From: Trichodelitschia bisporula
Lineage: Eukaryota
Assembly (NCBI GenBank): GCA_010356995.1
Contig: ML996705.1
Span: 434,001-498,000 of the forward strand
Length of the DNA: 64,000 bases
Direction: 5' to 3'
Shown here: piece after piece, positions 12,495 to 23,651 of the stretch
How positions within the stretch are numbered: the stretch's first letter is position 1
How the letters are laid out: each line of letters opens with the position of its first letter
Position numbers and translations under genes: made by a program
Notes under the pieces: model-generated
What the model was told of the DNA's origin: nothing
The model's input: only the letters and a program-made list of their open reading frames with translations
Databases searched by the model: none

Positions 12495-13105
12495 GTGCAG
12501 CTGTGAGTTGCGTTCCCTAATGGTGATGGGAGCAAAGGCTCATTTACGTGCGAAGGCAACGGTAATACTGAAGATTGAAGTAAAGACAAAGAGAGGAAGA
12601 GAGCCAGAGACTCTCGAGACTTAAATACACGATGCCGGGTATCCTCCTTTGCTCCTTTCTTCCATCATACTCGCATTACATCATGTCCCTGCTTACATAA
12701 GAATGCTCCTTCCATAACCACATCAAAGCGGAGTTGAGCTGTGGTCATGGGAGCACGCCTCTAGGAACGTGCGAAAGCAACGGTAATACTGAAGATTGAA
12801 GTAAAGACAAATAGAGGAAGAGAGGAAGAGAGGAAGAGAGGAAGAGAGGAAGAGAGCCAGAGACTCTCGAGACTTAAATACATGATGCCAAGTATCCTCC
12901 TTTGCTCCTTCCTTCTATCATGCTCACATTACGTCATGTCCCTTGATCTGCTCCTTCCGTATCTACATCAAACGGTCCGTGAGGGTGAGCCGTGCCCGGG
13001 AGTCAGGGTCTTACGTAGACGTGGGGAACATAATGCGGGGAAATGATGTGGATCGGATGAAGTGCAAAGGTGACGAAGCTATCGCGCCGGCTTCACCCAG
13101 ACAGG
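12495..13105 (-). mobile_element. LTR-like dispersed repeat, two tandem partial copies
   Basis: 12547-12690 is repeated at ~12768-12942, where the second copy has an AGAGGAAGAG expansion. Both match 55762-55965. The minus strand carries a TATTTAA box followed by a pyrimidine tract. Confidence 0.7.
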
Positions 13106-13246
13106 GCAATAGCAAACTTTCTACATCCGTCAACTAGGACGAGGACGAGGACGAAGAAGGCAGCAGCATCACCCGTCCTCCCCCCTTCTTCCCATCCTCA
13201 TAAGACCCGCAGTCTCCACACCTCGCTCCTCCCGACGTCAAACACA

Positions 13247-14339
13247 TCACGTCGCCGGCGGCCCCCCAGCCAACCCCTCAAAACACGGCATCCGCATCTG
13301 CAAGCAAGGGTTATTCACCCTCCTCACCCACCTATCCTGCATCTTCGCAACCTTCTCCGCGTCACCCTCACCCAGCGTACACCGCGTCCACGTCGCCAGA
13401 TTCTCAGCCTGGTGTCCCGGCTGCGCGGCTTTCGGAATGACAGTCACGCCGCGGGCCAGATTCCACGCGAGCACGACTTGTGCGGGCGTGCAATTGCGCG
13501 CCGTGGCTATTTCCGTGATGACGCTGTTCTGCAGCAGGGGCGGGGGCTCGGAGGGCGAGTAGAGCGAGGAGGCGCGGTAGGGCGCGTTGGTGTTGCCGAG
13601 GGGCGCGTAGCCCGTGAGGCTGATATTGTACGCCTTGTTCGCGGCTATGAAGTCGGTCTGCTGCAGATACGGGTGCATTTCGAATTGGTGCATGTAGGGC
13701 GTGACGCTTGCGGCGGTCATGGTTTCTTTGAGCTGTTTGGGGGAGAAGTTAGAGATGCCGATGAAGCGCGTGCGGCGCGGCGTGGCGGTTAGGAGCTTCT
13801 CCATGGATTTCCAGGTCTGGCGAGGTTAGCGGAGTGCAGCATGAGCGATGGGACACAAACTTCAACGTGGTCGAAGCGTGAGGGCGATGTTGTCTGCCCG
13901 ACCGGGAAGTGGACAAGCCATAGGTCGAGATAGTCTAGTCCGAGTTGCTGAAGCGTCTCCTCCAACCCCTGGCTGACTTTGTCCGCATGCCTTGAGCGGT
14001 CAGCGCGAAGGCCCAGCTTCAGAGGCTATCGGCATACCGGTCATTCCACAGCTTGCTAGTAACCCAAATATCCTCACGCTTCATCCCGGTCCGCCGCAGA
14101 CCCTCTTTGATCCCTAGACCCACATCCCGCTGGTTGTTGTATATCCACGCGGCATCGATGTGGCGGAACCCGTTCTGAATCGCCATCGCAATCACTTCCG
14201 ACGTATTACGCCGCAGAGCCCACGTCCCGATGCCAATTGCGGGGATAGTGTCAATGGGACCCTTGCCCGTCGGCGGCGAGAACTGCGCGGCGCAGACGAG
14301 GCTGAGCGCGAGAAGCACGAAAGCGACAGAGGAAATCAT
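13247..14339 (-). CDS. Aldo-keto reductase with N-terminal signal peptide, 3 exons
   Basis: Introns 14037-13991 and 13860-13817. AKR motifs IPAIGIGTW, GFRHIDAAWIY, WVTSKLW, LDYLDLWLVHFP, IGISNF and VIPK. N-terminus MISSVAFVLLALSLVCAAQ. Confidence 0.92.
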
Positions 14340-15529
14340 GGTGACGGTTGACGTCCAGAAGCCGAACGCTCGCGCTTTATTTTATCCACTGCGACAGATT
14401 GCACTGATATCATCTCTCCCAGCTGTCGAGTTGTTAATACGCCCATGTCTCTGATTAACCCTAGCCTTGCGCCTTTTATTGGGGCTTGATATTAGGATGG
14501 AAGCGAAGCGCTGAAAGGAGCATGGGGCCCCTGCTTCGGCCGACGGTTTATCAGGAGCAGATCGAGGAACATTGCGGAATTTGGCTAGCGACTCGCGGGG
14601 AGCGCCAGATCGACACGGCAGGCGAGGCTTTGAGCCAAAGAAATATATGCATTGGCTATTACATCGAAGATTTTGCCCCTGTAATAGGGTACATCATCGC
14701 AGGTATGTAACTACGAAGGTTGTCCTGGAGGCTGCGCGGAGTCGACCGCGACGCTGTACGGGAAGTCGACGCGACCTGTCGCGCTCTGCGTGTAGGCAGA
14801 ACCGGTACTATGAAGGGGTTAGTCGCGGAATTAACACGTTTAGAGATCGTACTAACCTCCAATCCGTTTGCAAACTGCATAGTACTGTTGCTGCTGGAGC
14901 TGCTCTGTATGCGGATTTTTGTGAATGTAGCCTTTCTTCATTAAACGCAAACGTCGTCTTATCGACGGTGTCTGTATATACACTGCTGCGGTGCTTTGAG
15001 TGTACATGCTTTCTAGCAGAACAGGACCGCTCGAAAAGGATAGAAGAGCTCGGTATAGCTCCCAGGCGCTGTACAATAGTTGACAGAGCCGAGGGGTCCT
15101 ACCAAGCTCTTTAGTTCCTTCAAGGCGATCCTTCTCCGCCATGAAAGTACGTACACTCAACATAGCGCTCCAGCATGCATACGGACACGGTCGACAAAGC
15201 GACGTTGATGTTCATGAACAAGGACCCTCTCGGCAAAGATGCGCGCAAAGAGCCGCTCTGGCGGCAACAGTACGACGATGGGTTTCCCGAAAAAGCGTCG
15301 TTCAAACGCCCTGGCCGAAGAGTAGCTAGTGAAGCAGGTACTGGAGATGCTTCACCGGGAGGGCAAGTGGGCGTATGGTACTTCAGCCACAGGCTTGAGC
15401 ACTGCCTCGGATGCGGAGAATGAAGCATTTGATGCCCAAGCGTTCGATCCAATGCCGGCCGGACCAATGGATGACGAGTACGGTACGGCGTTTGCGGTGC
15501 ATACTTCAAGCATACGGGCATCTCGGGTC

Positions 15530-16717
15530 TCAGCCAGGCAACTCCGAGTACTTCCCCTTAGGCCCACCCGGATACACAGGCGCCGACCCAGGCAGCTCCG
15601 AAACAAAAGGATTATCCGGTCCAGACGGCCGATCATTCCTCCAAGCCGCGCCCCACGGCTGAGGAGCCGGTGCGCCGGCGACCGGCGGAACTGCACTAAC
15701 TGGAGTGACAAGCACCGACGGATGCTCCGAGGCGGGCATCGACACGACCGACGACGCATAGTAGCCTCCCTTTGGCGGTGGCTGGGGCGGCATGGTTGCC
15801 AATTCCGTTGTTCCCATGAATGGGTTCTCGGGCTGTGGAGCCATGTACGGCGGGCCCTTGGGTAGAGGCTTTTCCAACGCGGCCCGCGCGTTTTTGCGCC
15901 GAAGAATTATGATGTAAATGACCAGCGCGATAAGAATGGCGACGAGGAGGACGCCGACGATGACGCCGGCTGCGACGATGGATTTTTTGGGGCCTTTGGA
16001 TGGCTGGGCTGTTGCTGCTGGAGCAGTTGCGGATGGAGTGCTTGTTGGTGTCGGGATCGGAATGGGTAGGGTAGGAGCGGCGGACGCTGATGTAGAGTCG
16101 GTCGCAGAGGACTCGGAAGAAGTGGACGATGATGAGGAAGTGGAAGACGAGGATGATGATGATGAGGGTGAGGATGATGCCGAAGATGACTTTGAAAGGG
16201 TAGATGATGAAGCTGCGTAGTGAGCAAGTGCAAGCTGCAGCCTCGTTAGACTTACCAGATGTGGTGATCGCGACTACACGATAGAGAGCAAATGGATCAA
16301 AGCATCCGTAAACCGACAGTGGCGCCTTGTCCGCTTCCGACTTGTAGATGCGGCCGGCGTTGCAGGCCTCTTTACTGTGGAACCGTAAGCTTCCCAGACG
16401 TGCGCACGCGACAAGTGCCTTACCAGGTCGAACTCGTGCCTCCTTGCGACAAAACCACCTGGCCCGAGCATTTCGTCGCGATCTGACAAGTTCCCTTCGT
16501 CGGACAACACCCTTCAGCACTACCTAAAGCGCTCAAAGCAGAGCCAGACGCGCAGTATATCGGGGTCCCTACGCGCCGTTAGTGAAGCCAAGGGGGCGCT
16601 AAGCGCGTGCTTACAAGAGCCAGCTCTGCTGGTGTAGCCCTGGAAGCTGACGGGAGTTACGGTCGCAGCGCACGCGCTTTGAACGAGCAACAGACCGACC
16701 ACAAGCAACGAGAGCAT
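15530..16717 (-). CDS. Type I membrane protein (Mid2/WSC-like architecture)
   Basis: Signal peptide MLSLLVVGLLLVQSACAA, a small Cys-rich domain (GCCPTKGTC..C..C..C), a Ser/Thr stalk, TM IVAAGVIVGVLLVAILIALVIYIIIL-RRK and a tail with two SELPG motifs. Three GT-AG introns. Confidence 0.8.
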
Positions 16718-17889
16718 TTTGGCGCAGTCAGTGTTCAGCGCATCGCGAGATTTTCCCAACTCAGGGGCGGGCGGCGAGATAAGTATTTGCAGAGGGAGCA
16801 GACGCGCTAGCCAATGGCGCGACTCAAGGCTGCAGCCACATCGTATTCGAGGCACGAAGGCCATTTCATTGGAGGGGAGCCGGCCATGGGATTCTGGGGA
16901 TTTGCAGAGTGATCTCCGATCCCGCGCCTACAGAAGCCGGTGTCCATTGCTAATGGACACAGTACGGGTACTCCGTACAAAGACTTTAAAACATGTTCGC
17001 CACGCTGCCTGCGACTAACTGGAAAGTTTGCAAGAGTTGAAGCTCATAAGTGCAGCGGTCGCCATGAACAGGAGCTGTGGCTCAGACGTTTCACCTTCAA
17101 CGGCTGTGCATAACGCCTGCTGTACCAATTTCGTTAAAGATGTGGATGTCAGCGGTCTGCCATTGGCCAGTAACCTTGGCTCAAGAAACTCCGTAAGGCT
17201 ACGGAGTGGTCCAACTTCACTCGAGTGGTAAGGCGGAGAGGCATCGCGTCGGCAAGCGAAGGAAGTGAGAGACACCAAATGGCAGAGACGGTTGGTGAAC
17301 TGGTTGGCAGAGCGCTTGAAAGCATGAAGCTCCCACGGCCTCTCTCAGACTTTGAGCAACGCATGCTTGCATGCTCATATCATCATAAGGGCTGTTGTCT
17401 CGCACAGTTCAACCGCATCACCCCCGTTCTCAGTGAGCCTCTCGGTGATCGCGTGCTTTGCCAGCCTTGCTGGCGGTTACAAATAATGAGCCGATCTTGG
17501 TAGGCTCTGTTCTCTTCTTCCGGTTGTTTCGCAGCTTTATGATTTTCAGTTGTGACGGCACTCACGAGGTTTCCGAAGGAAGGTCTCGATACCGCGATGT
17601 CGTAGCACCTGACCTCAATCGGAAGTGAGCTCGGGGGCACGACTGACATCGTATGGCGTATGTGCGACGCTCGCCGGCTCGTTGCCGGCCATGACGGAGC
17701 AGCTGTGTTCTTTTTGGACAAGAAGTTCGTGCGTATGTCATATGCTCTTGAATTGTGTGAGATTGGAAAGTGAGGTGGTCGGAATTTCTCATCAATACAA
17801 ACATACGCTTTGTTCGCGATGTCTCAGGATGTTCTTCGTAGACTTGGATTGCCTTGCGGCGTTGGTTGCAGTGGTGTAAGAATAGGTGG

Positions 17890-18920
17890 TAAGATTTTCC
17901 CATTCAATGCCAGTAAGCCAATCGTCTCTGCGATATGTTAACAGATTTCAATTGCCTGGGGCTTTAGGTGTAAATCGGGGTGGCGGAACTCGCATTCAAC
18001 CCCAAGTGTGAATCGTCTATTACGGGGTAGGATTTTTCCATTGAACGCCCGTCTGTGACTCGTTTTTGTGGATGGCGAGATCTCCCATTCAATACTTGCG
18101 TGTGAATCGTCCGGCAGGTAGTGGGTTGTCTCATTCAACATCTTCAGTTGCCCTGCGGCCTTGAATTGAACTGGCTTTCGGCGATAGGAGTGTCCCGTTC
18201 AACACCTTGCCGGTGTGCGGATTGTTGTATGTGGTGAGAATTCCCGTTCAACACCTTCGATTGCTTTACGGCCTTGCATTGGACTTGGGTGGTGGGTTTT
18301 TCCATTCAACACCGGTATGCCAGTCGCCTTTGTGATATCTTGACAGATTCCAATGGCCTCGCGGTCTTGATTATAATTGGGGTGATGGGCTTCACATTCA
18401 AAATCTGTGTGTGACTCGTCTTGAGGGTGGTGAGATTTTCCCAATCAGCATAATGAATTGCCTTGCGGCCTTGAATTGAGATTGTATGTGGTGGAGTTTC
18501 CCCATTCAATACTTTTGATTACCTCGCGGGTTTGATTGACTTTGGCGGTTGGATTCCCCCCATTCAGAACCCCGATCGATTTCGGCGGTGGCATTCTCCC
18601 ATTCAACGCCTTGATTGACATTGATGGTGGGCTTTTCCCATTCAGTGCCTTGACACTGGCGGTGGGCTTTTCCCATTCAGCGCCTTGATTGACTTCGGCG
18701 GTGAGACTCCCCATTCAACGCCCCGATTGTCTTCGGCGTTGGGCTTCTCCCATTCAGTGCCTTGAGTGACTTTCAGTGGTGGGCTTCTCCCATTCAGCGC
18801 CTGGACTTCGACGGTGGACTTTTCCCATTCAGCGCCTTGATCGACTTCGGCGGTGGGCTTCTCTCGTTCAGCGCTCTGATGATTTCGGCGGTAGGATTCT
18901 CCCATTCAACGCCTTGATTG
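17890..18920. repeat. Degenerate minisatellite, ~39-bp unit (longer 45-60-bp units on the left), core TCCCATTCA
   Basis: The core recurs at 18559, 18598, 18637, 18672, 18710, 18749, 18789, 18824, 18863 and 18901. Consensus is approximately GACTTCGGCGGTGGGCTTTTCCCATTCAGCGCCTTGATT. Confidence 0.85.
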
Positions 18921-18954
18921 AAAAGGTGCCCATCAGCGGGCGATATGATTAACT

Positions 18955-19445
18955 TGGCTCCGGCTCTGGCAGCTGCTTTGCTTTGTTTCCGGCTCTGGCA
19001 GTTGCTTTGCTTTGCTTTCAGCACTGGCACTGGCTCTGAATTTGGCTTTTGCACTGGCTTCTGCATTAGAATTTGCATTGGCTTCTTGTCCTTTGGCTTC
19101 CGCGCTTTGGCTTCCGCTCTTTGGCTTCTACCCTTTGGCTTCTGCCCTTTGGCTTCTGCCATTTGGCTTCTGCCCTTTGGCTTTCGCCCCTTGGCTTTCG
19201 CCCTTTGGCTTCTACCCTTTGGCTTTCACCCTTTGGCTTTTGTACTGGCTTTGCCGTTTAGCTTTGCATTGGCTTTGCCCTTTGGTTTTTGTACTGGCTT
19301 TTGCCTTTTGGCTTTTGCACTGGTTTTGCCCTTTAGCTTTTCGCCCTTTGGCTTTTGCACTGGCTTTGCGCTGGCTTTTGCCGTTGGCTTTTGCACTGGC
19401 TTTTGCACTGGCGTTTGCTCCAGCTCTGGTTCTCTGGCTCTGGCT
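18955..19445. repeat. Low-complexity TGGCTT(T)-based tandem repeat
   Basis: Dense TTTGGCTTCTGCCC / TTTGCACTGGC units that keep several reading frames open. Confidence 0.85.
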
Positions 19446-19619
19446 GCGGCTCCGGCTACTGCCGACAGCTCCGGCCTTGTATGGCGATTGACTGCATAAT
19501 CTTTGGCGCACACGAGTTGCGGCTCGATGTTGTTTTCCTAGCTATCAGCAGCTATCAGCAGTGTTCAATGTTTGCGTTTGTAGTACACTTCCTGAGTGAG
19601 TATTCGCTCCTTGTGTTCC

Positions 19620-19745
19620 GAGCTCATAACTTGTTGAAGTGTAGCCAGTGAGTTTGACTGCTGTAATGAGATGAAGAACATATGTGGTTGGGAGCCAAAA
19701 ATTGTGATGAGTGTTGTGTTGTGTTGTGTTGTGTTGTGGTTGACA
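19620..19745 (-). mobile_element. Ty1/copia-type 5' LTR (19632-19745) with half-tRNA-iMet primer binding site
   Basis: The minus strand reads TGTCAACC...(AACAC)n...TTCAACA followed directly by AGTTATGAGCTC, which is 2 mismatches from the copia/Ty5-type PBS GGTTATGAGCCC. Confidence 0.6.
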
Positions 19746-22700
19746 GGTGCGGAGTTCGACGTCAATTGAAAGTTCTGTCATGTGAGGGCCTTGGCGTGCC
19801 AATACGGCTTACTAACAGAAATGTGTGCCTGACATCAACCTTTGGTGCCTTGGCACTGCCAGTACTCCATTTCATCACCAAGTCACAGCACGTGCTGATA
19901 TCGGCACCCAAAGGGGAGCATCGTGAGAGTCGAGGAATAAATTGACCGTCTTGTTTTCCAGTGATTTCCAGTGCTACGAACCCCCGACTTGCCTTCAGGG
20001 TACAGCCTGCAACCCGGACGCCTACTCTAACAACAGGAATTGTTGGATGCAAGGTGCAGAAATTCTTGAGCGACATTGACAGCATACCGTTCTCACCCTT
20101 CACGGCCGGCTCAGAAGCCCACTACCGCAGCGGCAACCATTCAGCTCATTCTCTAGCCACCTCTCGTGCTCGAAGGACTGATACTCAATACACCGGAAGT
20201 CAACTCTCCCTTACGCCTTCAATTGAGTCTCGAGCGTTGCTAGACTCTGCCGTTGCTGATACACGTTAGACATAGACCGGAACAGATCACGGATCCTCAG
20301 TTGCCAGGAGGGCCACCAGACAGCAGATAGTATGCAGGTCGCGCAAGAACCATGGGGAGATACGATGTTCGATACGCAAGCAGCGCATCCAACGCATCCA
20401 GCAGGCACGACATGTCGTTTCGGCGAAAACGAAGCCACGACACGGGTTGCCTCGTCAGGTCTTTCTAAAATCCAACGTCCTGGCTCTCTACATCCGTAGA
20501 CGCGGGCGCGAATGGTCGCGTCAAGGACACATGGGACCGTTGCTGCAGGCATCGGGCATATGGCAGGCTGCAGCGGATTCGAGGGATGATTGATGTCCTC
20601 CTTGTGTATCGCGGACGGGAAGAAATTGGGCGCCGGCATCCGGCTACTGTTAGTTCGCTTCAAGCTGAAGGAATGACTTACATTCGGGGCTTGTCGGCTT
20701 CGACTGGGTTCGTCGCTCCGTGCCAGGGGGTTGCTCGGCATCAGCTGCGTATTACGACGCAGCAGCGGGAAGAACGAGTGTTGGGAGTTGGTCGCATGCT
20801 TCCCAAGAGCGTTTACCCTGCTTGCAAAGAGCAGAAACACTTATGGGCGGACGCTGTGCTCCTGTTTAGGCCTTACATACTTCTCGCCGTAGCCTGCATA
20901 GCAGCGCTGCTCGGCGTATGAATGAGTGGCGAGCGTCGTCACACAAAAAAAAGCCGAATGCATGTTCCTGCCTGCAGGAGACATCCGACGCAGACTCGAG
21001 AACCTGCTAACTCTCACGCATGTGCCAGTGCACCACAGGAAGGACAGCAGACACTGAGTTTCGTGTTTGCACAGTTTGTGTCGGCTTCTTCATCTCGACG
21101 GTCTTGTCGCTGGCGGCATTTGTGGCGTCCATGCCGTGTCCTGGCTTCGATTTTACAAAGGAGAGAAAGAAGTATGTGATTGGAGTGGTGGGGAGGCGAA
21201 CAATGAGGCTGTGGAGGGTTGATCGTGAGAACCGATAGCACATCCATTACTGACTTCGGGAATAGTGTTCTTCACTGGCAGCTGGAGTGGGGTGGAGGAA
21301 CTAGACTCTTAGGGGAAGCATGAGGGACTCGAAGGCAATCCAAAAAGGAACAATGATACTGTAGATTCTCGCGCTTATTCCGGAGTGCAACCCGCCACTT
21401 GACTGCAAAAGTGACGTTAAGTTGGTAGGAAAGGCTGTCATTCGCGAAGATCAACCAGCTTGATCGACCATTTTGCGCAGGATTCGGGACTTAAGCAGCA
21501 ATTGTCCTTCTCGTCTGGACGAAATATGCGTTCACACTTGTCGTTTTCGGTAAGCTAGCCGCTGTGGGGGGCCTAAAGCACTCCGGAGAATCCAATACGA
21601 ACAGTTCGCGATCGTCCACCCCACGTCCCCTGAATCGACAGCGAGAGAAAGCAAGAATCCACCCAGTTTATGAATCACATCCAGCTTGCGCGAAAGCAAA
21701 ATCACAAGAAAAAGCCAGCTTCCTCATCCAAAACCCCCAAAATTTCCACCGACCCACGCGCAGCCTATATATCGCCAGGGCCGTTGAATGAAAGGACCGC
21801 CACCCGAAAAATTCCAACGCCTCACCCCGATAGGCAACCCCAGCCTATCCCCCCGCCAAAAACACGCCTATCGATACCTCCCCGCCCCCAAACGTGCTTC
21901 GCGCCGATCCCTCCTACCCACTAACCCACCCCCAAACCCACCCTCGGGACGCGACGATCCCTTCCATTTGCGCTTTCGGCCCTGCTGTGCACACGCCGCG
22001 GACAAGGACCAAAGACCCGAGCTTGTCGGCCCGCAGTGCCCCCATCCGCGCTAAACCATCCATCCTAGCGCGCGGGGCCCGACACTAAGGCGCCCGCACG
22101 CGCCCCCCCGTTTCACGTCGGCGCACAGCTTGAGATGTCGCCGACCGTTGCGCTCCCGAGGCCGACATGCCGATGGGCGCTTTCCACCTCTTATCCAATC
22201 AGCATCGCCGTCCTCCAACCAAACCCATCTCCCCTCATTACACGCAAATGACCCCCCATGACCCAGCCCCAGCGCCCAGCTTCGTGCACCCTCATCCCCG
22301 CCCGCCCCTGACGAGCGCAGAACCAAGTTCGCGGAAATGGGAAATTGAGGCGGTGCTAGGGGCCAAGGCAAGGCGGTGCGCGCCCCGCCCCCGCATCGGC
22401 GAGTCGGCGACGAGTGCCCGACGTGAAACTCACGGCGTGGGAAGGCGGTTTGGTGCGGCGAGCAAGGCCGCAAAGGGCAGGCGAGGCTTCGACTCATGCG
22501 CGTTAACGCGCGGTGGGCAGGAACAAAGCGGGGAAGGAAGCCTGCGGCGCTGCCTCGGTGCGGTCATGTGTGCGAGGGTGGAGACAGTGTGCGCGCGGGG
22601 AAGGCACTTCAGGATGCGCGCGCATGCGCGGCCAGGCTTGGGCTGTATGTACTACGACGCTGTGCTGCAGCGCGCGGGGGGCTCCGCGGTACGTACAGTG

Positions 22701-22815
22701 ACATCGACATGTGAGCCTTTGCGCTTTTTTGCGCGCGCACGGGGGCACGATGCATGCGGGAAACATGCAAAAGAAGGTGGTGACAGGCGTGGGGTCTGGG
22801 CGTGCGGGTCGCGAT

Positions 22816-22864
<49 letters not shown>
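22816..22864 (+). repeat. Poly-G tract (49 nt)
   Basis: Uninterrupted G run seen directly in the sequence. Confidence 0.95.
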
Positions 22865-22865
<1 letters not shown>

Positions 22866-23651
22866 GGGGCGTTGCAGCGTGCGCGGCTTTTCGGGGGGGG
22901 GGATGGAACCTGGTGGGTGGGTTTTCGTGAGATGAAGGGATGAGGGGGAGAGGTGAGATTGGATGCATTTGGGTTGGGGATGGGAGGGGAAGAGTGGAAG
23001 GTGGGAGAGTGGAGTGGACGCAGACTGAGGCGAGGCTGAGAGTGAGGGGAAGGTGATCGGCGAGATCGTGCTGACCGGCGCAGAAAGACGGAAGAAATTC
23101 TGGAGTGTGGTAAGACGTGCTACTGGTTGGGAGAATGAGGAGATGGTTGCAGTTGGGTGGCCAAACCTGTTCCGTCAGCAGCCAAGGGAGTCCTCGGTCA
23201 GAGGACAGACCATCCAGAACTCACCGACCTAGAGAACGTCATTGTGTGAGCATAATGAGACCTGAGGCGTAGAGTGAGGGCAAATGCGGACAGTGGCAAG
23301 TCGAGAAGGGCAGTGGGCTTGGGTGGAGAGTCCAGAGATGGAAGCGGCGACAAAGCCTACAGTCTCACCAAGGAGCTGGTGCTCCTGTCACAAAGTCACA
23401 CAGTAACGCAGAGATTGTAGTGCCAAAAACCAGCCCGCTGGAGCCTTGCTCTAATTGAATCCGAAATCTTCGTAGTTGTTGTACAACGCTCGCTCTAAGC
23501 GGCTCGTAGGGTATCTCATATCTATTCACATCGCTGAATCGTGCAGACCCATTTATCCCAAATCCCAAATCCAAATCCAGTAGACGCTAGGCTCTTGCCT
23601 ATCCAAACACCGAGAAATGCGTAACAGTACATCCGTAGACCCAAAACCAAA

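Noticed and set aside
17890..18920. CRISPR-like appearance (recurrent core with variable spacing)
   Set aside because: The 'spacers' are homologous to each other, the context is eukaryotic and there are no cas genes. It is a minisatellite.
18918..19513. Several long overlapping ORFs on both strands
   Set aside because: They are artefacts of a stop-poor TGGCTT repeat.
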